64,000 nucleotides of DNA from the human T2T-CHM13v2.0 reference genome, Homo sapiens. A program made the position numbers and the translations under genes. Numbering within the stretch: position 1 is the first letter of the stretch; each line of letters starts with the position of its first letter. The stretch lies in assembly GCF_009914755.1 (NCBI RefSeq), contig NC_060930.1. The stretch is one strand, 5' to 3'. Below are positions 28,973 through 45,847 of this stretch, piece by piece. Below the pieces are notes generated by a model, which did not search any database, had not been told where the DNA came from, and saw only the letters and a program-made list of their open reading frames with translations.

Positions 28973-29680
28973 CTGCAATAAAAAAAAAAAGCAGTTGGAA
29001 TTTTGATAGGGATTGCATTGAATATGTAGACCAATTTAGGGAGTATTGCCATCTTAACAATCCAGGAACATGTTATATCTGTCCATTTATTTAGATTTGC
29101 TTTAATTTCTTTCAACAATGCTTTGTAGTTTTCAGAGTATATGTCTTGTGCTTTAAGTTTATTTGTGTTTTATTCTTTTGATGGTATTGGAAATAGAATT
29201 ATTTTGAATTTCATTTTCAGGTTGTTCATTGTCATAGATAGAAATACAATTGACTTTTGTAGGTTAGTCTTGTATTCTGCAAACTTACTGAACTCATTAA
29301 TTAGTTCTCATAGTTTTTTTATTCCTTAGGATTTTTATACACAGTATCATGTTATCTATGAACAGAGATAGTTTTACTTCTTCCTTTCCAACCTAGATGC
29401 TTTTTATTTCTTTTTCTTGCCTCACTGCTCTGACTAGAACCCTGCAATATTAGGAGAAAAGCATCTAGTCGTTCACCATTAAGTAGGATGGTAGCTGTGG
29501 GGTTTTCACAGATGGTCTTGATCAGCTTGAGGAAGTTCTCTTCTAGTCTTGGTTTGTTGAATATTTTTATGATAAGACACTTGGATTTTGTCAAATGCTT
29601 TTTCCCTATCTATTGAGATGATTATGTGGGTTTTGTCTTTCATTTTATTAGTGTGGTATATAACACTGATGTTCATAGAC

Positions 29681-34477
<4,797 letters not shown>

Positions 34478-36167
34478 AGTCTTTTTGATTCCTAATCAGG
34501 TCTACATGGGTAGGGTGAGGGTAGAGAGGCTCTGACATGCCCCTAGCAGATGTCCCAGATCTGTAAGAGGCCTCATCTAGGCCCCTGCTGACAAACTACT
34601 CAAGGATAAAGTGATCATAAGAAGAGGAGATAAGAAGTTATTCCCAATAAAGAGAATGGGAAAATAGGAATTGCAGAAACCAGTGGCCTGTGGGTTAGGA
34701 GAGGAGGCTGATGCTATCAACGGACAGCTGGCTTATGGTGCCCCTCAATTCCACCCCCACCCCTGCTACTTACTTTGCCCCCTGGAGGTGTGAGTTCCCC
34801 GTCACTGGAGGTGTTCAAGCAGGGCCTGGATGTCTACTTACAGAGCATGCCTGAGCTGGAGAGTACACATCTCCCCGTGAGAGAAGGCAGGCTTGCTGTC
34901 CATAGAACATTCAGTCAGCCACCGCCCGGCCCCACACTAACACAAAAAGAGGCTTTTGCACCACCTAGTGGACATGGTTTTAAACTGCAGGCCTTTCCGT
35001 GGAGAGAAGCCCACAGCCCAGAATCCCATTTCCCGTGCAGTCTCCCTGACCCCCTCAAGGATCAGAAGGCCCACAGCCCCACTGTGCTTCCAGACCTCAG
35101 CCCTGCAAAAGGGAAGTTGGAAAAAGAGAGCAGAAGCCTGTGATTCTCCGGAGGGAAACTCTCCCTGGTGCCTCTCAAGCCGAATTCACTAGCACCACTT
35201 TGTCCAGTACTGTCCCCAATAGGCACACTTCTCACGTCATCTCTCCCTGGGGACTGCAATGGTTTGCTCATCAGCTACATCTGTTTCCCCTACTTCTGTG
35301 CAAACTTTCCAAGCCAGGGCCCTATTCCCCTTTGTTTACTCACCATCACTCCCCATCCCCAGTATATGAGCAATTAACTCAAAAGGATTCGGGACTTTAA
35401 AAAAATCAAGATCACGATTAAAATATTTCTGAGTTGCATATACTGGTTTCAGAACAACCTGCTTTAAACTCCTCACTCAAGTTCTGGGGCTGTCCCATTG
35501 GTGGCTTAGTTCCCACCGAGGTCCTTTGAGGGCCGAGGTGTCACTGAGGGAGCTCGCCAGCAGCGCAGGGCCCTGACACCGGCATTCAACAGGCTCCCTC
35601 TGAGCTCACACTGCCCTCGCATTTACCACCAGATACGGACATTTCTGCGGTACAGGCCTTTGCTCTGTAAAGGTCTGTGTTTTCTGTGTGTCTCTACAAA
35701 CCTTTTGTGAGAACATTTGAGTAGAAAATGTGGATCACTAACACCGTGGGACCAGAGGAGGAAGCCAAGGAAGACTGTGGCCCTAGGATCCTCTGTGACA
35801 AAGAGGATGGGTCCCCAGCATCAGCCCAGGCTTCCTGCAGTTAAGAGCCCAAGACCCAGCAGAGCCACCAGGATTAAATCAAATGCTAGATCTGGAACTT
35901 TCCTATGAAGGAAAAAGCCTTTCTAAGAAAGAATCCACCTAACAGAGAAGAGGAAGACCAGAGCTCATGCTCATGGGTTAATGCTGTAAATGGTTCAACT
36001 GGACCAAGACAGTGACTTGTATTATTTGTTTCATTAATGAACTTTTTATTATACTCATTTTTCATAAATTCTTTATCTATTGTCAGTTCTTTAATTGTAA
36101 TGTAATCATGCCTGGCCACTTTTTCAAACCATGAGAATGTATCTCCTGCTTTTTAAAATTCTTTGTT

Positions 36168-36753
<586 letters not shown>

Positions 36754-37421
36754 ATTTGTGAGAAGTTCACTTTGACACATGAAATTTTCAATGACCTGCC
36801 ACTTTTCAGGACTTTAATTGTATGAAAAATGGATATAAACTCAATGCCTCACCTGGTGCCCGGTACAGAGCAGGTACTCAATTGATGTTTGTAGAAGGCA
36901 GGCCTAAATGAACCCCCTTACTCCAGGCACCCAGGGGTCCATCCCCAGACCACGGCCTGATCTCCCTGGGGAGATGGAGAAAAGGTGGCATGGCCTCAGG
37001 GCTGAGTGCAGAGTTCCGGAGTCGGGATCTCTGGCAGTGATTCATGCCTGCTCTCCTAGTAGCCCAACCCGGCCATGATGGTCTCAGTGCTGGGTGAGAT
37101 TCATTGCCTGAGTTAAGGCCTCATCGCTGGGAAATGTAGCTGTTGACATCCATCAACCCACCAGCAGGCAAACACCACTTATAACTGGAAGAAGTGATCT
37201 AGGAATCCATCCTCCTGCTTCATCTTGGACCCAACCACAATGCTGAGAAGAGGAAATGAGGTGGCTTCTGGAGCGAAGAAGCTGGGCTGGGCCATGTGAT
37301 CTTGCGCAAGTCACTTCGCTCTGGCGGCAGTTCCCTTCTCTGTAAAATGAGGGCCTGGATAAATTCATTTCGACAGTCCCTCCTAAGCCAGGTATGCAGC
37401 TCTGGGGTGAGGAGGTGATAA

Positions 37422-39082
37422 TGTGTCCAGAACTGGTGGGTTCTTGGTCTCACTGACTTCAAGAATGAAGCCGCGGACCCTCGCGGTGAGTCTTACAGCT
37501 CTTCAGGTGGCGCATCTGGAGTTTGTTCTTTCTGATGTTCCGACGTGTTCAGAGTTTCTTCCTTCTGGTGGGTTCGTGGTCTCGCTGGCTCAGGAGTGAA
37601 GCTGCAGACCTTCGCGGTGAGTGTTACAGCCCTTAAGGCACCGCGTCTGGAGTCGTTCGTTCCTCCCCGTGGGCTCATGGGCTCGCTGGCTCCAGGAGTG
37701 AAGCTGCAGACCTTCACGGTGAGTGTTACAGCTCTTAAAGCAGCACATCTGGAGTCATTCATTCCTCCCGGTGGGGTCGTGGGCTCGCTGGCTTCAGGAG
37801 TGAAGCTGCAGATCTTCGCACTAAGCGTTACAGCTAATAAAAGCAGCGTGGACCCAAAGAGCAAAAGAACAAAGCTCCCACGGTGTCAAAGGGGACCAGA
37901 ACGGGTTGCCACTGCTAGCTGGGGCAGCCTGCTTTTATTCTCTTATCTGGCCCCACCCACATCCTGCTGATTGGTAGAGCCCAGTGGTCTGTTTTGACAG
38001 GGTGCTGATTGGTGCGTTTACAATCCCTGAGCTAGACACAAAGGTTCTCCACCTCCCCACCAGATTAGCTAGATACAGTGTGGACACAAAGGTTCTCCAA
38101 GGCCCCACCAGAGTAGCTAGATACAGAGTGTCGATTGGTGCATTCACAAACCCTGAGCTAGACACAGGGTGCTGATTGGTGTATTTACAAACCTTGAGGT
38201 AGATACAGAGTGCCGATTGGTGTATTTACAATCCCTGAGCTAGACATAAAGGTTCTCCAAGGCCCCACCAGAGCAGCTAGATACAGAGTGTGGATTGGTG
38301 CATTCACAAACCCTGAGCTAGACACAGGGTGCTGATTGGTGTATTTACAAACCTTGAGCTAGATACAGAGTGCCGATTGGTGTATTTACAATCCCTGAAC
38401 TAGACATAAAGGTTTTCCACCTCCCCACCAGACTCAGGAGCCCAGCTGGCTTCACCCAGTGGATCCTGCACTGGGGCTGCAGGTGGAGCTGCCTGCCAGT
38501 CCGGCGCCGTGAGCCCGCACTCCTCAGCCCTTGGGTGGTGGATGGGACTGGGCGCCGTGGAGCAGGGGGTGGCGCTCGTCGGGGAGGCTCAGGCCGCACA
38601 GGAGCCCATGGAGCGGGTGGGAGGCTCAGGCATGGCAGGCTGCAGGTCCCCAGCCCTGCCCCGCAGGAAGGCAGCTAAGGCCCGGTGAGAAATCGAGCGC
38701 AGCGCCGGTGGGCTGGCACTGCTGGGGGACCCAGTACACCCTCCGCAGCCGCTGGCCCGGGTGCTAAGTCCCTCATTGCCCGGGGCTGGCAGGGCCGGCC
38801 GGCTGCTCCGAGTGCGGGACCCGCCAAGCCCACGCTCACCCGAAAGTTCAGCTGGCCCGCAAGCGCCGCGCACAGCCCCAGTTCCCGCTCGTGCCTCTCC
38901 CTCCACACCTCCCTTCAAGCTGAGGGAGCCGGCTCTGGCCTTGGCCAGCCCAGAAAGGGGCTCCCACAGTGCAGCGGTGGGCTGAAGGGCTCCTCAAGTG
39001 CCGCCAAAGTGGGAGCCCAGGCAGAGGAGGTGCCGAGAGCGAGCGAGGGCTGTGAGGACTGCCAGCACGCTGTCATCTCTCA
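37422..39082 (-). mobile_element. Solo LTR12C (ERV9/HERV9 LTR), 1661 bp
   Basis: Minus strand starts TGAGAGATGACAGCGTGCTGGC and ends GGACACA; 4-bp TSD ATAA (37418-37421, 39083-39086); CpG-rich U3, CCAAT tandem repeats, U5 repeats. Confidence 0.93.
37968..38420 (-). repeat. LTR12C U3 tandem repeats with 8 CCAAT boxes
   Basis: Repeated gattggtg...acaatccctgagctagacac units. Confidence 0.85.
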
Positions 39083-39998
39083 ATAAGAGAGGCCATGGGG
39101 CATGGGCTCATCGCAGAGCAAAGTCAAGGAGCTGGAACAGTCTCAGAGGGAAAGTGAAAGGGGCAAAGCATTTTCCCATCGATCCTTTTTCCAAAGCCAC
39201 CTGCCTGCCCCCCTGCCGGTGAGTACCATCGAGGGTCCCAGATAGGACTAAGCCTGGAGTTTCCCTGCTCATGGGCTATCACAGCTTTGAGCCCCAAAGT
39301 CCAAGAGTCCTTATCAAGGACTTCTCTGCAGTGACTCAAGGCCAGTGCAGGCGCCAGCAGAGACGGGGATTTCCTGACCGGCTGGGGGCAAGAGGCTGAG
39401 GTAGTTTCCTCCTTCTGAGAAAGAAGATATGAATCCGAGGAGTTCTATTCTTGGTTAAATGAAAATACTCCCTTCTCCTTCTACCTGAGCTTTACCTGAC
39501 GGCTTGCAAGGGCAGAGGCTCTGGCCCTCAGGAGGCCCCAATCAGTACTTGGGGCTAGGGCACAGAGGGAGAAGCTGACCCATTGGACCGAGGTGTTTTC
39601 ATGCTTCAGAGCAGCTTCTGGTCTGCAAAGTCTTCTCAGCTAACACAGGTGAAGCACGCCCCACAGAGCAGGCAAACATTAAGCATTTCACAAGTATTGC
39701 CTTATGGAAGCTTTCCGACAACCCCAGAGGTCAGGTCAGGAGAAGGAGCCCCATTTTGCAGACGAGAAACCTGAGGCCCCAGAGAGGCGGAACACCTTGC
39801 CCAAAGTCCCACAGCAGATACAGGGACAGGAGCATAGGAAGCCACAAGTGTGGGGACGGGGGCCAGTCTTCACTGGGTCGTAGTCACTGAAAACTGAGGA
39901 TGAGGGGGCTGGGCCAAGTGAAATGGACTATTCAGTGAAGATGCCAAGAGCAGAGAGGTGGGGCCGGGGCCTGGCTAAGAAGCATCCACATACAGTCA

Positions 39999-40533
<535 letters not shown>

Positions 40534-40931
40534 CTAACACTTTTTCCCATTTCCTGCCTCAGCCCATTTCACAGGTGAGGAAATCTGAGGCTCAGTGAGG
40601 GACTTCATTCCCTTCATCTGGTAAATTCCATTTACAGGGGTGGGGCTGGGTGCTCTATCGGTGCCTGGCTTCCTCTCCCAGGGGTGCAGTAGGGGAGAGT
40701 CCATTCCCCTGTACCTCATTTAGCCCCAGGATTGCCCTGCCCAAAAGATGACACTCCTGCCCCCAGTGTCCTGGATGGGAGGCCTCCCAGCCTTCCCAAG
40801 AAATGGCTGTAATCCTGTGGGTACAGAGTCTGGCTGGGGATCCTGCTGCTCTGCTGGGAGGAGGAGTCTGCCTTCATGGGAGACTCGGTCCCTGCCCCAT
40901 CGGTACCGGGTGCCTGGAGTCCACCTGCCCC

Positions 40932-41049
40932 TCACGGAGAGATTTCTGGCCTCTTGTCCTTGAACTCTATTCTGTCCTGCTCCTGGCTCTCCAGCGGCTC
41001 CAGGTGGCTGTGCTTGTCCTGGACCATCTTTCCCGGAGTCTTTAGAAAT
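40932..41049 (-). CDS. ETV7: ETV7 exon 8 (FLKTPGKMV...RPEISP*)
   Basis: Acceptor tctag|A at 41050/41049; stop TGA ending 40932; 118 nt. Confidence 0.95.
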
Positions 41050-41161
41050 CTAGAATTCAGGCCCCAACTGCAAATCAGCTCCTGCCCCAGCTGCAGGGGG
41101 ATTCCAGCCCACCCAACCCCAGTTCTGCTTCCCCTTTCACCACATCCCCTAGGCCACTCAC

Positions 41162-41262
41162 CTGAACAGGAGTTTCTGCCCCGGTTCCTTCTTAATGATA
41201 TTAAGCTTATAATAGTGGCGCAGGGCACGAGACATCTTCTCGTAGGTCATGTTCACCCGGTT
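41162..41262 (-). CDS. ETV7: ETV7 exon 7 (ETS recognition helix [18 protein letters not shown]...LLFR)
   Basis: Acceptor ccag|AAC, donor AG|gtgagt; 101 nt; ETS signature MxYEKxSRALRxYY. Confidence 0.97.
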
Positions 41263-41742
41263 CTGGAAAGCAAAGCAGCCCCACATCAGCCCCACTCCCC
41301 ATGTCCTGCTCCTTCCACACCTGGAAGGGAGTAGGGTGGACTGGACAGCTTCTTAAGCCTCTCATTCCAGGGATCTGTGAGGGTTTATGAGTGCTCACTT
41401 GAGTTTGGAAGGAAAAAGGCAGGGGAAGGTTGGGGAAGAAATGATGGGGCTGGGCAGGGTGGCTCACACCTGTAATCCCAACACTTTGGGAGGCCTAGGT
41501 GGGCAGATCGCTTGAGGTCAGGAGTTTGAGACCAGCCTGGCCAACATGGTGAAACCCTGTCTCTACTAAAAATACAAAAATTAGCCAGGCGTGATGGTGC
41601 GTGCCTGTAGTCCCAACTACTCAGGAGGCTGAGGCAGGAGAATCCCTTGAACCCAGGAGGCAGAGGTTGCAGTGAGCCGAGGTCATGTCACTAGACTACA
41701 GCCTGGGCAAAAGATTGAGACTCCATTACAAAAAGAAAGAAA

Positions 41743-41785
41743 GGAAGGAAGGAAGGAAGGCGAAAGGAAGGAAGGAAGGAAGGAA
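41743..41785 (+). repeat. (GGAA)4 + (GGAA)5 microsatellite in ETV7 intron 6 (Alu tail)
   Basis: Direct reading. Confidence 0.9.
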
Positions 41786-43215
41786 ATGATGGAAAGGTTC
41801 TCCTGCCTACTTGGCTGAGAACATAGTGTGGGAGTGAACTGCATGTTACTTTTAAACAGCAAATGTCACAACAGTAACAAATAAATATATATATTTGTGG
41901 GAAATGCAATCAGAGAGACAGTATGGTGGGGTGGCATGGATGGCCTTGCCAGGCCACACCCTGGGTGACTTTGGCCAAGTCATTTCTTTCTCTCTCGGGG
42001 GTAGGCAGTGTGAGGTAGGGCCAAAGAGCCTGGGGTGTGGCATCAATTTAAGCCCCAGCTCCACCGCTTGTCAGCTGTGTCACCTTGGACAAGTTTCTTG
42101 ACCTCTCTGAGTCTGCTTCCCCAGCTACATAATGAAAAGGAGAACACCCATCGCATAAGTCAAGGATTAAATTATTAATAGCTAATCCATGAAAGCAGTT
42201 AGCACAGTGTATGGCATGTAGTATATGCTCATTAAATGGGACTGCTGCTCTCTGGGCCTGTTTTCCTCCCTGTTCTATATGAGGATTAGACCAATAAGTC
42301 CTCCCGAACTTTAGTCATCTGCATCCTTCCAGCCACCAGCACTGCTAAGAGCAGTATAATATAGTGCAGCACATGGCCTGGGTTCAACTCCCTGTTCTGC
42401 CTCTTACATAGCAGGGGATGGGTAAACTTGGGGCAAGTTGTTAGCCCTCACTGAGCCTCAGTCTCCACATCCGACAACACCTACTTCACGAGCTTGGTAT
42501 GAGGATTAAATGAATTAGTACAAGTGGAGCCCTCAGGGCAGTGCCTGGCAATCAGGCACATTACATCTTAGGAAAGGCTATAAATCGATGATTATCATTA
42601 TCGTTAATAGTTTTCTTTAAAAGATTTTTTTTACTTAAAGAAACCTATTTATTTTAAAAGGCTACATTCCTTATATCACTGCTGTAAATCATGAGATGGT
42701 CATGGTAGTTACATTTTGTAATCCTAATTCAAAAATAATTATGAGGATATTAAACCACCTAAGATCATCTTACAGACACCCATTTAGGTATAGGCATTCC
42801 TCATCATGGGAATGCTGGCCTCAGTCATCCCCAGGCCTTTCCAGCCCTGACATCAGATGCTCCTGTTGGGCCTGAGACCTGGGTTTCTGTCCAGCTCCCC
42901 GCAGGAAAGCAGCTTCCTCATCTGGCCTAACTGTGCAGTTCATGTAAACATGCTTCTAAAGCCTGAAATACTAAGCAAAGGTAAGATTAAGCAATGAGAA
43001 GACACAATTGTTCAGTTTCAGAGACATTCCCCATCCATAAGAGGTAACTGCCTGTCCCTCAATAGCTCCCCAAATAAAATTATCCTGTCACTTTTGGGGC
43101 TGCTGATGAAGGCCCCATCAGCTGAGGATTGTCCCATAGTGCTAGGGGTCCACTCTGACCCCCAACTCTGTCCCCTTCTGGTTATGTTGAGACCATTCTG
43201 CTGGCCGAGGCTCAC

Positions 43216-43358
43216 CTTGTGATTTCCCCAGAGTCTGGCGAGCCCATTTGGATCCACAACTCGGAAGATCTTGGCGTCCTTGTCTTCCCACTTGATGTAG
43301 GGCTCATATCGGGTATCAAGGAGCAGCTGATACACGTAATCCCACAGCAGGCGGCAGT
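43216..43358 (-). CDS. ETV7: ETV7 exon 6 (ETS domain [13 protein letters not shown]...LARLWGNHK)
   Basis: Acceptor tgcag|AC, donor AAG|gtgagc; 143 nt; conserved ETS tryptophans. Confidence 0.97.
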
Positions 43359-44439
43359 CTGCAATTTAGCACAGGGAGTGCAGGCAGCGCAGCTTTACTG
43401 GAGCTGTGAGGACAGGTGTTAGAAAGGCACTCTTGGAAGCCTCCCGGCCAGAGCCCTAGGAGCACCAGCAGGAAGGTGAAAATGATGATATCAACAGAAA
43501 CAGCCACTAATGGGGCTCCTCACGCATTGTCTCAGGCAGTCTTCCTGAGTCTGGGAAGTCGTTACCTTTATCCCCAGGAAGAGGTGAGGAAATGGGCTCA
43601 GAGGTGCAGAGGTATCTAAAGTTGCCAAGCTCCTAAGTGGCAGGTAGAGCAGGGAGTCTGACCGGCTCCACCCAGCATCAGAGCCATGTGAGGGCAGGTG
43701 CTGGGCCCACAGGCTGAGGGGCTGGGCCCCTGACCCCAGGTCCCTCTCTGCCCCTGGCCCACTCACTCAGCCCCCTGGACTTCTATTAATTATAACATCC
43801 ACCCCTTCAAGCTCCCTAATGGTGAGGCTCAGGAAAACCAGGCATGCCATTGGGAGGGCAAGTGGGCATCCGGGAGCAACTGTGTGATCTGAAATCCCAG
43901 GACCTGGGCCTGTCGGCTGGGCCATTGCAGGCAAGTTACACAACCTTCTCTGAGCCAGCTTCCTTGTATGGGGTGGTGAGAGAATTAGGTAACATAATAG
44001 ACCACAAAACCCTCAGCACAGTGCCTGGTATACTGTAAGTGCACGAAGAATGTTAAGCATTATAATTGAAGAATTCAGTAATTGCAAGAGGCTGAAGTGG
44101 GAGGATTCCTTGAGCCCAGGAATTTGAGGCAGCAGTGAGCTATGGTGGCATCACTGCACTCCAGCCTGGCAACAGAGTGAGACCCTGTCTCTTAAAAAAA
44201 AAAAAACCCAGTAATTGTGGATCATTGTGTTTGTTATTGATACATAATATTTATGCATGTTTCTGGCGTCCATGTGAGATCTTGTTGCATGCATAGAGTG
44301 TGTAACGATCAAGTCAGGGTACTTAGGGCATCCATCACCTCAAGTATTCATCATTTCTATGTGTTGGGCCAATTGTTTTTTAGTGACTTCTAGTCATTTC
44401 CAACCCAAAAGCCAGGCTTCTGCCCACTCTGTGGCTTCA

Positions 44440-44990
<551 letters not shown>

Positions 44991-45616
44991 TAAATGCAGT
45001 GTCACTATTATGACTAGAAAAACACCCTTCAGCTTATCTGTCAGTCTGTCTGGTTGTCTGCCTGTTAATCCTTTAACAATGAATGCAGAGTGGAAGTGTA
45101 TCATTTGGTTAGCGCTCAGGATCTGGAGCCAGACTGCCTGGGTTCACATCACACCTCAACCAGTGCTGTGTGATCTTGGAGAAGTTACTTAACCTTTCTG
45201 TGCCTCAATTTCCATATCTGTGAAATGGGGCTAATAATAGTACCAAACTCAAAAGGCCATTGTAGAATTAAATAAGGGCTTGGGAACCACGCCTGGCACA
45301 TAGTGAATGCTCAATTATTTTAAAACAGATAAAGTTTTAAAAGGCAGGTGTGGCACTCCATGCTAATGTGAGTGTCAGAATATGACTGGGTAAATTGTCC
45401 CTGTGTGGGAGACAGGGTGAGGCTTGGTGATCCCAGGTATCACTGCCCTCTGTGACCAGATTGTGGCTAGCACACAGGACAGTCAACGCTACCCTGCAAT
45501 CCCCCAGCCACAGACCTCCCATCACCAGGTCAAAATAGCCCTGTCCTCATCACTCGTGACTCTGAGACTCAGACTCAGTGCACCTTCCATGGCCAGAGGA
45601 ACAGCCTCCCACTCAC

Positions 45617-45847
45617 CAGCGATCCTGCCGTCAATGGGGGCCTGCGGCATCGCGGGGAAGGAACAGACCCCCTGGGTCCTGCAGCCGAGCTCTGCACAGT
45701 GACATAAGTTGAGGGACTCCTCCTTGCCAGGGGTCCACCTTGCCAGGCCAGGGTCATCCAGGTGGCCGAAGTTGCTGGTAAGCCCTGGGTCTGGTGGCTG
45801 CAGCAGGTGGCCCCTTCGGGTGTCCATCTGAGAGGGGCCAGTCACCT
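45617..45847 (-). CDS. ETV7: ETV7 exon 5 (central linker)
   Basis: Acceptor tgcag|AG, donor G|gtgagt; 231 nt, phase 1-1; in ORF 45522..45845. Confidence 0.93.

Larger units (their letters stand above)
26290..29680 (-). mobile_element. Old L1 (L1M-type) 3' ORF2/3' UTR fragment, interrupted by Alu, ERV1 LTR and THE1
   Basis: Degenerate ORF2 peptides: ELPYDPAILLLSIYPRE (27004..27189), [16 protein letters not shown] (28927..29118), ENPTATILLNGERL (29352..29594). Confidence 0.85.

Noticed and set aside
27004-29594. L1 ORF2-like peptides as an active LINE
   Set aside because: Fragmented, frameshifted, 5'-truncated and interrupted by later insertions
37968-38420. Regularly spaced repeats resembling a CRISPR array
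   Set aside because: Units are tandem with no unique spacers and lie inside an LTR12C U3 in mammalian DNA
37493-39086. Several 100-140 aa ORFs on both strands
   Set aside because: Products of the GC-rich, repetitive LTR12C; no splice or domain evidence
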